A stretch of DNA of 64,000 nucleotides. It comes from Naegleria gruberi (Eukaryota). Made by a program: the position numbers and the translations under genes. Below, in pieces: positions 32,512 through 44,643 of this stretch. The notes beneath the pieces were generated by a model. The model searched no databases, was not told where the DNA came from, and saw only the letters and a program-made list of their open reading frames with translations. The number at the start of each line of letters is the position of its first letter. Position 1 is the stretch's first letter. The stretch lies in assembly GCA_000004985.1 (NCBI GenBank), contig GG738852.1; one strand, written 5' to 3'.

Positions 32512-33525
32512 ATGGAGGAAAAAGTTAAAAACAACAAAAAAATGGTTGAAATTACAGAATTATTACTCAGGAAGAGATCGGAACACAATGAAGGGCAATT
32601 ATCAAACCTAAAGGAAATAACACTCCACCAATTTGAAATTGAATCCATCAATGAAGTATTAGGGATATATTGTAGGGAATTACAAATTCTCTACTTGCAA
32701 AATAACTTAATAAGAGTTATACAAAATTTACATCACCTCAAAGATTTGAGGTATTTGAATTTAGCTGTAAATAATATAACATCAATTAGTGGATTGGGAT
32801 CGAATGAACATTTGGAAAAATTAGATTTGACAGCTAACTTTGTTTGGGACTTGTTGAGTGTTGAATCATTGAGAGAGAATTATAAGTTAAGGGAGATGCA
32901 CTTGTTGGGAAATCCGTGCACTACCTTTGAGAATTATAGACTCTTTGTTATTGGTGCTGTTCCTAGTTTGCAAATTCTTGATGGTGAGCGAGTGGCAAAG
33001 AGTGAGAGAATTCTTGCTGAGCAATTAAAGGAACAAATCAAGAAATCTATTGAGGAGGAACAATCAAGAATCAATGTGGCAGATATTCAGGAAAATATTG
33101 AGCAACGTGACCAAGACAAGAAGGAAATGGCCGAACATAAGAATGCAAAGGAGAAGGCTCAAGAAAAGAACTTGGATGGAATCAATGAAGTGGATGGATT
33201 AGGACTTGGAAAGAGAGTTTCTCTCACTCCAGAAGAAGAGATTGAAAAGTATGGCAAAGTCATGCAAAAGAATGAAGGAAAATGGGCATTTAAATTATTG
33301 CAGGAGAAGGATCATTATGTGTTGGATATTCCAGCTGGAAAATACATGTCACTGAGCTATGTTGACATTGATGTTCAACCAACCTTTGTTCGTGTTACCA
33401 TCAAGGGTAAAGTTTTACAATTGAGATTTGATAGGGAGGTCAACTCTTCCAACGCATCAGCCCAACGATCCACCACAACAGGTAATATTGTAATCAAAAT
33501 TCCCTACTCAACTCTCAATCCTTAA
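32512..33525 (+). CDS. DNAAF11: tilB/LRRC6 (Seahorse; dynein axonemal assembly factor 11): LRR + LRRcap + C-terminal CS (p23-like) domain
   Basis: …LLRKRSEHNEGQLSNLKEITLHQFEIESINEVLGIYCRELQILYLQNNLI…LDLTANFV…MHLLGNPC… matches the LRRC6 N-terminus almost block for block. The C-terminal YMSLSYVDIDVQPTFVRVTIKGKVLQLRF…QRSTTTGNIVIKIP matches the CS domain of tilB. Confidence 0.85.
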   Translation: MEEKVKNNKKMVEITELLLRKRSEHNEGQLSNLKEITLHQFEIESINEVLGIYCRELQILYLQNNLIRVIQNLHHLKDLRYLNLAVNNITSISGLGSNEHLEKLDLTANFVWDLLSVESLRENYKLREMHLLGNPCTTFENYRLFVIGAVPSLQILDGERVAKSERILAEQLKEQIKKSIEEEQSRINVADIQENIEQRDQDKKEMAEHKNAKEKAQEKNLDGINEVDGLGLGKRVSLTPEEEIEKYGKVMQKNEGKWAFKLLQEKDHYVLDIPAGKYMSLSYVDIDVQPTFVRVTIKGKVLQLRFDREVNSSNASAQRSTTTGNIVIKIPYSTLNP

Positions 33526-33675
33526 TTATTTCAAACTTTCTCTATTGAAAAGTATTACTATTAGAAAAACACGTATCTTTCACCACTGAAAATGAAATAA
33601 TAAATACTTTAAAGCACCATTATTATTGAATCTCTATACTTGATTGTTTATTACAAATAAACATTTCATAAAAAA

Positions 33676-34951
33676 ATGCGTAAACGATTGGGTTCGGTAA
33701 CAAGTAGAATTTTAGATCTAGGTAAGGAGAGAAGAGAGTTGTTTTATAATTTATTGAATATATAAGAAACAACACTTTTGTGTGGTCAAACATTTACTTT
33801 TAAACATTTCAAACCGAGCAATTCATTTGTCGGAGTTTTTGGAAATAATGTTATCGAGTTGACAAGTAATCATCAGGAGAATGATAATTTTATTTATTAT
33901 AGAAAATTAAATCCCATCAATATTAAAGCTAGCAGCAGTAGCAGTACTGATGAATCGAATGGTTCTTCATCAGCAAGTGATTCATTTGATGAAAAGGAAG
34001 TGGAACAATTAATTTCCGATTATTTTCAAATTGATAATTATGATATTGAAGAGTTGCATGAACATTTTGCCAAAGTTGACCCAGACTTGTTTGGGAAAAT
34101 TGTAAAATATTATTGTGGATGGAGATTATTGAAAATGGAACCACTGGAGACTTTGTTTTCCTTTATTTGTAGTTCGAATAATAATGTTTCAAGAATTACC
34201 AAAATGGTTCAGGTATTGTGTGAAGAGTATGGAGAGTGTTTGGGAGAATTTACTATTGATGATGGTGTGACAACATTTCCAATGTACAAGTTTCCAACAT
34301 TGGAACAATTAGAGGAATGCACTGAAAAGGAGTTAAAGTATGTTTTAAATTTCAGGTTAGTGAAATAATATTAATGAAATATTCAGAAAGCATAATTTTG
34401 GATATAGAGCCAAGTACATTGTTCAAACTGTTGAGAAATTAAAGGAGAAACCAGAAAAATACCTCTACACTCTCAGAGATAAAGAAAAGTATCCAACCAG
34501 CTTGGACGTATTGAATGAGTTGAAACAATTTTCTGGGGTTGGTATGAAGGTTGCTTCCTGCGTTGCATTATATAGCATGGATTGTCATGATTGCGTTCCA
34601 ACAGATGTCCACATTCTTAGAATTGCCAGAAATTGCTATCCATCAATGAAAACTATCATTTCGAAAAAGAAGAAATCACTCACTGAAAAGGAAATTCAAA
34701 AAGTTATGAAAGAGTTTGTAAATATATTTGGAGAATATGCTGGATTGGCGCAACTTATTCTATATGGAAGCCAATTATCTCAATTCAAAACTCGTATTCC
34801 GGCTGATGTTAGAGAAACACTCATTACCAAAGAGGAAGAAAGTGATGATGAGGATAAGGATTCTAATGAGGAATCATCAGCAGAAGAGGAGGAAGAAAAG
34901 CCAATCGTACAAGAAAAAAAGAAGAGGCGAGTTGTTAGAAGAAATAAATAA
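33676..34951 (+). CDS. OGG1: 8-oxoguanine DNA glycosylase/AP lyase OGG1; 3 exons 33676..33721, 33767..34355, 34387..34951
   Basis: …LLCGQTFTFKH… (GQSFRW block), ETLFSFICSSNNNVSRITKMVQVLCEEYGE, FGYRAKYIVQTVEKL, and the HhH-GPD motif LKQFSGVGMKVASCVALYSMDCHDCVPTDVHILRIA with the catalytic K and D all match OGG1. Introns are GTAAGG…ATAAG (45 nt, phase 1) and GTTAGT…TTCAG (31 nt, phase 2). Confidence 0.85.
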
Positions 34952-34953
34952 TT

Positions 34954-35880
34954 TTAAAGGTAAATAAAGTTAGGACTTGGCTCATTGGTCTTTAACCAAT
35001 TGAAATCATGAACTCTATTCCACTTATTCTTGTTATCATCCTCCACAACCATATCACAAGATTTGAGTTGAGTATCCAATCCTTCATATTCGAGGGAATA
35101 TCTTCCAAATTGTAAGCCAGAACAATTTTCAATAATTGGATTATTCTTTGGACAAATAAGGAATTCACATCCAGTACTGTCATGTATTCTCAATTGCCAA
35201 CAAGCAAGCTGGAATTTACAATTTTGACATTTGGAAAGGAAGATGGCACCATTCACAGGTCCTAATTCAATAGTACAATCCACAAGATTTGATATATACA
35301 CAGCGCCAATAATATGCCTTATTCTGACATGATTTTGATTTCCATTACAAATGGCAAAGCTTTCATTTTCCTTAGTTGGGGCAACTTCATGGATATAACC
35401 TGAAGGTACCCTACTCAGATCAACAACTGTCTTGTTAGTCTCCAACTTGATAGATGGAGTTTCCTCAACTACTACGTTTTGAGTTTCCTTCTTTTGAAGT
35501 GATTCAGAACTTGGTGCCTTCTTTTTGAATGAAAATACCTTTTTATCCTTCTTTAATTCTTCCTGGATTTTTTTAATCTTTTCATCTGCCTTTCGGACGT
35601 CATAGTTTGGCAGATAGTGCACATGTTGGTTTAAAAATTGTTGCAATTCAGAGGCTTGTTTTTGTTGACTAATTAATTCATTAAAAGCATTCCAAAAGAC
35701 TGTTGGATTTTCCTTAACCTCTTGATTTCTCTTATTTTTCATTTCTTCATTTCTCTTTTCCATCCTCTCAAGGAATTGCTTCCTCTTGGCTTCTTGTATA
35801 TAATTTAAACTTGGTGTAGTGTTATCTTGATTCAGTGATGTATCATCGGAATTTGTTGTATCAACAGTTGATGGAATCAT
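34954..35880 (-). CDS. TBCC: Tubulin-folding cofactor C (TBCC)
   Basis: An N-terminal coiled coil is followed by a C-terminal CARP/TBCC beta-helix: VYISNLVDCTIELGPVNGAIFLSKCQNCKFQLACWQLRIHDSTGCEFLICP…NKWNRVHDFNWL. The ATG is at 35880; upstream in frame there is only a TTG. Confidence 0.8.
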   Translation of the reverse strand: MIPSTVDTTNSDDTSLNQDNTTPSLNYIQEAKRKQFLERMEKRNEEMKNKRNQEVKENPTVFWNAFNELISQQKQASELQQFLNQHVHYLPNYDVRKADEKIKKIQEELKKDKKVFSFKKKAPSSESLQKKETQNVVVEETPSIKLETNKTVVDLSRVPSGYIHEVAPTKENESFAICNGNQNHVRIRHIIGAVYISNLVDCTIELGPVNGAIFLSKCQNCKFQLACWQLRIHDSTGCEFLICPKNNPIIENCSGLQFGRYSLEYEGLDTQLKSCDMVVEDDNKNKWNRVHDFNWLKTNEPSPNFIYL

Positions 35881-36048
35881 TTTTTTTGTTTTTTGTATTT
35901 TCTTGAAGTGCAAATATTTGGCGGGAAAACAAATTGAAATATTTATTTAATGATCAAATAATTTAATTTCGAAATATTCCAATAATAGAGAATAGCTCAT
36001 CATTGTTATAATTAATAAATAAAATAATTAAATAATTGTATTAAATAA

Positions 36049-36666
36049 TTAAGCAATGGTGGCATAATTCTTCCAAAATTCAACAGAATCCATATATTTG
36101 GTTCTTTCTAATGGTACTCCACTACCTCCTTCTTCTTTTCCTAAAGCATTTCTCATCATTGTGATTGGAGTCATTGGAAGTTCATAATCAACGTCTTGTG
36201 ACTTAACAGAAATGATTCCCCATTCACAATCAGTAATTTCAGGTCTCTTTTCATAATCGGAAACTTCTTGCATTGCTTCAGATTCCTTCAATATTTGTTC
36301 TTTAGAGTAGAGAATAATATCCAAATATTTAGAGTCCTTGATTTGATCCTTTACTAAATCGTAAGGGAAATATCTACAGAGGACTGGTAATTCCGATTCT
36401 TTTCTTTGTTGATATTCTGTTCGGAGCAAATGTTCATTATCTTTGGTAATTTCCAAGAAACTTTGTTTACATCCTGCAAAATTAGGAACAAATAAATGTT
36501 TACAAAATGGTGCATAACCATCCTTCAATTGATAATCTCCAGAGCTCCAAATTTTGTTGATTTGTTCTTCAAAAGATTGGACAGAAATTGGAATTTGGGT
36601 GCCTCCTTTGTATCCTTGTTGGAATTGACGAACGGCGAAAGAGTCAATGTAAGTAAGTAATTTCAT
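36049..36666 (-). CDS. Conserved hypothetical protein (205 aa), unknown function
   Basis: A clean ORF with ATG and a non-repetitive composition (…DGYAPFCKHLFVPNFAGCKQSF…). I could not assign a family. Confidence 0.45.
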   Translation of the reverse strand: MKLLTYIDSFAVRQFQQGYKGGTQIPISVQSFEEQINKIWSSGDYQLKDGYAPFCKHLFVPNFAGCKQSFLEITKDNEHLLRTEYQQRKESELPVLCRYFPYDLVKDQIKDSKYLDIILYSKEQILKESEAMQEVSDYEKRPEITDCEWGIISVKSQDVDYELPMTPITMMRNALGKEEGGSGVPLERTKYMDSVEFWKNYATIA

Positions 36667-36732
36667 TTTTTATTTACATTTTTCAAAATCAAATTAAAAG
36701 CAACCAATTCAGCTTAGGAAACTAAAACGAAT

Positions 36733-39700
36733 TTACATTTTTCTTCTTTCAACCACTGCAAAACTTGGGAATGATCTCTTCTTTAAACGTTCCAATTCTT
36801 CTGTGAGAATGTCGAGTTCTCGTTTTTGATCACGTGACAAATCTTGAAGTTTTCTTTCCCATCTAATTTCGGTCATACGCTTATCAGCAGCTTCTTTTTC
36901 TTTGGTGGCTGATTGAATTTGGTTGAGTTGAGCTCTTTCTTCAACAACTTGTTCGAAAATCTTGATTTGTCGAATGAGGTTAGTATTTTCTTCATATCTA
37001 ACATGCATTAAATCTTCCATCTTTTTAAGGATTCTCTTCTTTTCTTCGAGGGCAGTTTCAAGAGCAGCCTTAACATTTTCAATTTGTTTTTGGAGTTTAG
37101 CTCTTTCCATCTTTTTCTTCTCCTCTGTTCCTCCTCCACTCTTGATAATTTCTTGCATTTCCTTCTTTACTTTAAGCATTTGAAGCCTCTTGAATTTAAT
37201 TATCATTTCTTCAGTATCAAAAGCAATGAGGTCATTTTCCCATTGAATCTTTCTAATCTTCTTCTTTAAATCTTTCATCTTTGTCAATTGTTTAACAATT
37301 TCTTGACCCTGTTGTCTAATATTAGAGTTATGATCTTCAACAGTTGATCTAAATATAAGAATGGCATCAGAATAGTCAGTAACTACAGCTGCTTGTTCAA
37401 CTTCCACTTGACCTTGCTTGAATCTGAAAATCTTATCCATATTGTAAGACTCGGTTACAATCTTATCTCTGAACTTTGTCAGTTCAGTCATTTCCAAACT
37501 CATTATTGCATCCAAATCCTTATCTTCTTTGGTCAACTTGTCGAGACGGACTCTCATTTCGTCAAGTCTTTGTTGAGAATCTCTTACACTATTGTCCATT
37601 ACTACCTTTGCCTCTCTTATTTCCCAAAATCTTGCCCATAATTCATCATCAGCAATGTAGATTGGTCTTGATTTTTCTTCATCGAGAGGATCTTCTGGAG
37701 GAGCATTCTTTGCTTCTTCTGTTGCGTCTACATCAGCAAATGGATCTACAGAATTCAAAGCTAGGTCAATATTATCTTGATTTGTTTGAGGTTTAGATCT
37801 TGTTCTGAAAATCTTGTAAAGTTTTTCGAACATTTCACCAATTTTCATATTTGCTGCATGTTGCAACTTTTGGAATTCCATATTCATACTTGATTGAGTT
37901 TTTTGTTGCATCATCTTTTTACACATTTGTGAGAGAGCCTGTTGATTCGCTGGATAGAATACTTGAAGAATATCTCTTTGGAATTGAGTTTTGAACGATC
38001 TTTCCATTTGACGATCTTCTAGTATTATCTTTTCATGTTCAACCTTTTCAAGTTCAAACCTTTTGTGGTATTCCTGGACAGCACTAGAAGATTGAGCCTT
38101 CTTATTCTTCAATTCTTCTAAAATCTTTTCTAATTGCTTTTCTGCCTTTTCAAATTCTTCGTGTTGGATGATTGATTGAGAAAGTTTTACCATTTGGAGT
38201 TCAATTTCAAAAAGTGATTGGTCTGTTGATTGCTTTTTCAAGAATAGAATCTTCAAGTTTGTATCGAATTCTTGACAAAGATCAGCTATTTGTTGTTTGG
38301 CATTGTTGAGCTTGGCCTCCAATTGTTTAACCTTCTTAATACGCTCTTCTTCCTTTTGTTTCATTAAAGCTTCATATTCCTTGAGTTCTTTCATTTCTTG
38401 CTCTGTTAACTCAGATCTTTCCTTTCCCATTGCAGCTGGGACAGGTATTTCTTCTTCTTTAGTTTCGTGAGTGTCAAGATCTAATTTACCATCCATCATC
38501 ATTTGCAAGGCTCTTTGTGCTGTGTCCTTATCTTGCATTTTTGATGGATCTGATGCCTTTTGATTATCTTGCTTTTTAGACTTGTCGTCTGATCTCACAA
38601 ATTTAGTCTTTGGAAGCTCATCTTCGCTTACTTGGAGAATGTATTGTTCTGGCTTCTCTTGAGGTTTGAGTTTTACATCGAATATTTCAACAGGGATTGG
38701 TGTACCTGAACATCTGTTCAAATCTTTAGAAATGTCTAGAATTTTCTCGTTCATACTTTCAATCTTTCTGATAATTTGAGTCTTTTCTTCTCTCACCGTC
38801 TTAAATTCTCCATTAAATTGTCTTTTCATCTTGTCCACTTTTTCTTGAAGAAGGAAAATTTGGGTAACTTTTCTTTGTCTTGTGTATAGATCGGTATATG
38901 GATATAAAAGACCATCAAGATCGAGAATAAGGTTCTTTCTGATATTTTCCTTTGTTTTTCTTAATTCAGATTCATCCTCACTTCTGTTCTCTGAAATTTC
39001 ACTTGTTCTCGAGTTGGTTCTCTTGTTCGATTTTTCTTCATATTCTTCCTCATCTGGAACACCACCTTCGATATCGTTGGTAATGTATTCCTTTCTTCTG
39101 TTTACCAATGATATTTCTTCCATTCTTCTCATGAATGCAATCTTTTCAAGAATAACTTCTCTCTTTGGATCTCTCTTTCTAATCACATAATTTGGAACTT
39201 CCAGAAGAATTCCTTCCTTTTGGTATTCGGAAGCCATCTTGAAAGCAATAATAGTGGTTGCATGTTCTTCCATAGAGTCCCAACATTCCTTTTTGATTTT
39301 CTTTGCCAAGATGTCCTTCTTTACATTTTCTACACGCATAACTTCCTTTAGTTTCTCACATTCCTTTTCACCTTCTCTCTCCAGCATCTTTTTGTAATCT
39401 TCATCAATTATAAATTCGCTTTCAGATAATCTTTCATCCTCTGGAGCATTATCATTTTCAGCCTTAATTTCAAAAAATAGTTTTCTCAACTCGTCTATTT
39501 GAGAGAAAGCTTGCTCCTTCTTGGTTTCTTTCATCATTTGTTCAACCTTATTTTGATTGTCAGTCTTAATTTCCAAAATTGTTTTAAAATCTGGAGACTC
39601 TGATGTTGTCGAACACTTATCTTTTGGTTGAACTTTTGGAATGGCCATAACAAAACTGTTAGTGTTCATGTTTTCGGAAGGATCTAAGGAATAAACACAT

Positions 39701-42073
39701 ATACTTCCGTCATAGCCTGACGAGAAAATCGTAGTGGAATCGTATGAAAATGAAATACTTGAAACACCACCATTCATAGAATTGTGTAAATAGTATGATT
39801 CTGAGGCTCCTTCTTCTTCGTTCTGCTCAAAGAAGTTAGTATGTGCTATTCTGATTGAAACTACACCATCCTTTGCTCCAGTACATAGGTATCTTCCACA
39901 AGAACTCAAAACTACCCAAGCACCAGTTTTATAGTGGCACAAAGTTTCACTACTTGGAGTTACTACATTGTTACTCATTCCAGATTGTCTATCTTCAACG
40001 TTGAGATCGTAAATTTTGATTGTTTTGTCTTGTGACAAGGTGTAAATATGATTTGGATCGCTGCAATGATTGTCAATTACTCAAATGATACTAAAAACTT
40101 ACTCTTTGAAAGGAGCCATTCCGTAACATGGGTAATCCAGTTTCCACATATCTTTAGTAATATTTGTTAGTAAGATAACTTCTTCATATGTTACAGGAGG
40201 CTCTACAAGATACAAATCACCAACCTCAGTGGCCACATACAGAGATGTTTCATTAGACCAAGCGAGGGTTGAAATGTTGTGGTTAAATTTACAGAATCCA
40301 ATCAAGGACAAAAATTCATCATCATCTTCCATTGCCAAGTCAACGACAATATCCTCATTATTATTCTCAATCTCTGCATTACCCAAACGGAGGAATCCAA
40401 GAGTGGAATCGGCAAATGAGACGGCAACAAGTGTTCCATTTTTGCCTCCAATTTTAATGCTCGTAATAGCAGATGTCCTTAATCTGTGTGAATAAATTGC
40501 AATAGGTTGGTGTTTTTCATCAAATTCAAAGACTCTCAAAAAACCAATGGAAGAACCAACAAATAGCAGACCATTAGAGTATTGACCACATGAGAATAGT
40601 GCATTGAACTTTCTCTTGGCAATCAATGTATTGGTTTTGTAATTCCACACTCTAATAGTTCCATCCATACCATGACTCACAACAATGGATTTGTTTGTCT
40701 CTCCAGAGTCTTGTGGTTCCAATTGGTAAACACCTGTAACAGCTCCAATATGAGAATCGTAAACCTAAATAAATTGTCAAGAATAAATTCCATAATATAC
40801 TTACGTAACTCATGGATATTTCGTTCTTCATCAATTCCATATCAGTGATTGTATCTGTTTCGAATCCCTTAATATACACTCTAAAAATGGATCCATCCAC
40901 AGTGCCAGCTATTATATATTTGAAATTTCCTGAAATACAAACAGAAGAAATATCACCCAGTTTGTTGTTCAATGTTACAACTCTGGATGATATTCTTTCC
41001 TCATCATCAAATTTTTGTCCAGCATTATTAATTGTTGACATACGATAAACTTTCAAACATCCTTGATGTAATCCAGCAATACATGAGTGTCTACAAACTG
41101 CTATATTATACATTGCATCTCTAGAATCGTCTAAATCCAAAATAATACCATTTGAGTGAATATTTTCAAATCTTAAAAAGTCTCCATCATTCGTCACACA
41201 TAAAATGTCATTATTGACTCCCCATTCATGCCTATATAATTCTGTTGTTTTGATTTTTTCGTAAATGTTTTCTGAAACCTTCGGTTCTCTGGAAAATAAA
41301 GGTTAAAACAATTGAAATATTTTAGAAGAAACATACACTGGTATGATATCATATCCATCAACTATTGGATTTACCAGCCAGAATGCAAGATGAGCAAATC
41401 CACTCGAACATATTTGTAACTTGTTTCTTGGATTGAAACTGGCATACTTTGTAGTATTTGGTACTTGGGTTTGAATCAGACTTGAAAGTATATGTTAGCT
41501 CAGAATAATTTGAAGAAACCTACATCCTACTAGAGGCCCAATCCCAAACTGTGAGTTGATGGTCAGGAACTCCACTTAATGACAAAAGAAAACTACCATC
41601 CCTAGAGAAATCCAAATCCAAATAGTCAATTACTGATCCACCAGATAAAACTTTTAAAACCTCAAAAGTATTCAAATCATAAACTCTAATTTTTGGATGG
41701 GAATACGTATCTGCAACTGCAAAGACTCTTCTTTTCTTGTTGAAGGCAATTGCACTAATTCCTGCTGTGAGGTATAACTGTTTTGTAGTTGCCACAGATT
41801 GTCTCAAATCAAATGAGTCTTGTACAGATTTATCCTCACTAATATAGATATCGGGAACAAAGTAGTGTTCCTCCTTTGTTTCAATATTAATAAATCTCAC
41901 TCCCCTTCCACAAATAAATGCAATCCTTTGATCGTCCACTGAGTGAATCTTCCTTCCATCGTAACCGTAGGAAGATCTTGTTGTATTAAAGTACGCTCCA
42001 AGTTAGACTGATGATAGATAATAAATTATTGCACTTACATCATCTCACTGCTGATAAAGTCTTGGTTAGGCAT
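36733..42073 (-). CDS. CFAP43/CFAP44-like ciliary protein (N-terminal WD40 propellers + ~1000-aa coiled-coil tail); 6 exons 42073..42039, 41976..41524, 41480..41337, 41288..40805, 40764..40103, 40060..36733
   Basis: Four consecutive minus-strand ORFs with WD-repeat character (…GHxxxVxxIxF…D…IxVWD…) and the 1101-aa coiled-coil ORF join through canonical short introns: GTAAGT/GTAGGT/GTATGT donors, 40-62 nt, all phases closing, about 1700 aa in total. The WD-propeller + long coiled-coil architecture and size match CFAP43/44 (an inference; not alignable by eye). The acceptor of intron 1 is ambiguous (41977 or 41953). Confidence 0.5.
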
Positions 42074-42135
42074 TTTTTTTGTAGTTTGAAATGAATTTTG
42101 GCGCCAAAAGACGGTTCAAAGTAAGTTTGTTAAAC

Positions 42136-44643
42136 TTACATAAACTCGTTTATTAGGCCAGAGAATTCTGATGGTTGAGAGCTATTTGTAATAAATTCAT
42201 AATTGGTCCAATCATCCTCATCAGCATATAAATTCTTTACAGAATTGAGCTTTTTCATAAGATAGAAATCTTCATGAATATCAGATTCATTTGGGACAAT
42301 GTTAAGTTTGTGACTATAAACATTCTTAGGTATTGGACTTATCAATGGTGTGCTTAGGATATTTAGGTCGGGTGTTTGTTTCTTAGTGATCGTCGTAGAC
42401 TTTGGTGTGGTGGTTTTACTCTTTGGTGTTGAGGTGGTAGTTTTTGTTGGACTCATCTCGCTTGGTTTTTTCATTCTTTCCTCAATAATTTGAACAATGT
42501 CTCCATTAGTTGCAGATTTAGAAATGGATTTGAGGTTATATCTCCTTCTGCGGAAAATACTAGGTCTTGATTTTGTCACTCTATTCTTCCAATTTTTTCT
42601 TTCAGAGTAATCATAAAATTCTCTGGTTTTTTTACAACCTAGCAATACTGTGTTATTCTCCCTAATGTCATGCACAAATCCACGAGCCTTCCTTAAAGCA
42701 TCCCTTATTGCCTTTTCCAATGCTGCTTTTGATATTTCGTTGCTTTCTGGTTGCATTTCTGATTTGTTTGATGATTCTACATTATTGGATTCATCGTCCT
42801 CATCTGTCTCTTCTGATAATGACTTGGAATCACTCACCACTGTTACCTCTTTACCCTCTGGACTTTGCACTTTGCTCATATTAATATCAGCAATTATCGA
42901 GTCTTGTCTTTTTTTCTCCTCTTCCAAGTTGCTTTGGTGAGATACATTATGATGAATTTGAGAATGGTTTGGCATTAATACTTCATTTGTAACATTGACA
43001 GGCTCAGGATATTGTGGTGGGAATTTTTGTAGTAATACCTCATTTGTGACATTAACAGGCATTGGATCACTAGGATAGCATTGTGGAGGCACACAATATT
43101 GAGGTGGGAAATTAGTGCCACTAATATCATTTTGGATATCTGAATCGAAACGATTACGCATAAAGCTGCCATTGTTATTAGTGTTTGAGGTTGTAGTGAT
43201 AGCGGGAGGAGGAATCATCACTGGTACAGTAACGAGAGGTGTACCCCAAGCTTGCTCAATTGAACTAGTGTTAATCTGTGCAGACATGTTTTGATTTACA
43301 TGGTGACCTACAAGATTATATGTTGGGGGAGTATTATGGATTTGACTTGGTGGATTAAGTGAGGGTGAGAGTTGACTGCATGGATCCAAAACTGGTTGTT
43401 GGTGTTGTTGGTCAGAAATATGTATAGTTTGTGATTTAGGAGTAGACATGTTGAACGAAGAGGACAAAACTACAGGAGGATTGGATGGAGTTCTTTGAGG
43501 GGAAAATTGGGAGATATTTGTTTGTTGAGCTGGTGGGGGTTGAAGTAATGGAGGTGTAGCAATATTTGATGAGTGGAAGGAAGTTGAAATTCGAGAGCTG
43601 TTCATCGATGTGTTCACAAAGTTTGAAGGAGGTGGCATTAAGCGATCATCTGAGGAAATATTTCCTCTGAGTGATGTAGGTTGTATCAACTGAGATTGGT
43701 GGGTTTGAGGAATTGGTTGATTGGTTGTCTTAATTGGATCAACATATTGCTCTGTTTGGCAATATTGAGATCCAGTAAAGGTAGATTGTGGAGCTTGAAG
43801 AATTGATGTTTGAGTACTCTGACAAAACATTTGTTGAGATGAGCTTGTACTAGATGGTTTGATTTCTTCTACTTTCATGTGTTTGAGTAATTTTGCAGTT
43901 TGGGTAGGGAATTTCATATTGTTATTGTTTGATTGAGCAACAGAGGAAAATCGTTGTCTAAATGCCTTATTGATAGCATCAGCAACATCTTTCTCATTCT
44001 CAGCAGGTTTGTTCACAGGCTTTGAGAATTGTGACCGTATCCTTGAAAGTTGTGACAGTGATCTCTGAGTATTAACATCGTCTTCATTATTATTTCTAGT
44101 AATCCTATTTACAACAGTTGAGGAAGATGTAAAGCCATACTGTTGTGAAGGATTGTAACTGTGTGAAGAGAGAAAATTAGGTGTCCTAACTCCACCAACT
44201 GCAGTATAAGTAGTAATCGAACTAGAGAAGGGTTGGTGGGGTGTTTGATGTTGAAAATTGGTTTCAACATTAGGATAGTATGATTGTGATGATGGTGTCT
44301 GATAGTTAGAAACCTGCTGAGGACGAGCAGCAAGAGTTTGATATCTTACTGTTGAACTGCTGCTTTGGTATGGTGTTTGATAATTGTTTGTAGGAGGGAG
44401 TTGCTTTTGTGGTATGGTTTGCTGTTGGTGAATTTGTTGTGATGGTGATGTGATTTGCTGACGAGGATGAAATTGTTGTTGCTGTGGATAGTTATTGTAA
44501 TAATATTGTTGTTGTTGATGATTCTGATATGGTTGATAGTTTGAATTTTGTACTACATTCCTTGTGTGCAATGGTTGTGTTTGCATGCTACCTTGTTGTG
44601 TCGGGATGAAGTATTTGTGTTGTGGCGGTTGGAAAGACATCAT
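42136..44643 (-). CDS. Q/N/P/S/T-rich low-complexity protein (835 aa) with a short basic C-terminal globular region
   Basis: A long ORF from an ATG. Codon usage matches neighbouring genes. The C-terminus reads …AIRDALRKARGFVHDIRENNTVLLGCKKTREFYDY…. Confidence 0.45.
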   Translation of the reverse strand: MMSFQPPQHKYFIPTQQGSMQTQPLHTRNVVQNSNYQPYQNHQQQQYYYNNYPQQQQFHPRQQITSPSQQIHQQQTIPQKQLPPTNNYQTPYQSSSSTVRYQTLAARPQQVSNYQTPSSQSYYPNVETNFQHQTPHQPFSSSITTYTAVGGVRTPNFLSSHSYNPSQQYGFTSSSTVVNRITRNNNEDDVNTQRSLSQLSRIRSQFSKPVNKPAENEKDVADAINKAFRQRFSSVAQSNNNNMKFPTQTAKLLKHMKVEEIKPSSTSSSQQMFCQSTQTSILQAPQSTFTGSQYCQTEQYVDPIKTTNQPIPQTHQSQLIQPTSLRGNISSDDRLMPPPSNFVNTSMNSSRISTSFHSSNIATPPLLQPPPAQQTNISQFSPQRTPSNPPVVLSSSFNMSTPKSQTIHISDQQHQQPVLDPCSQLSPSLNPPSQIHNTPPTYNLVGHHVNQNMSAQINTSSIEQAWGTPLVTVPVMIPPPAITTTSNTNNNGSFMRNRFDSDIQNDISGTNFPPQYCVPPQCYPSDPMPVNVTNEVLLQKFPPQYPEPVNVTNEVLMPNHSQIHHNVSHQSNLEEEKKRQDSIIADINMSKVQSPEGKEVTVVSDSKSLSEETDEDDESNNVESSNKSEMQPESNEISKAALEKAIRDALRKARGFVHDIRENNTVLLGCKKTREFYDYSERKNWKNRVTKSRPSIFRRRRYNLKSISKSATNGDIVQIIEERMKKPSEMSPTKTTTSTPKSKTTTPKSTTITKKQTPDLNILSTPLISPIPKNVYSHKLNIVPNESDIHEDFYLMKKLNSVKNLYADEDDWTNYEFITNSSQPSEFSGLINEFM

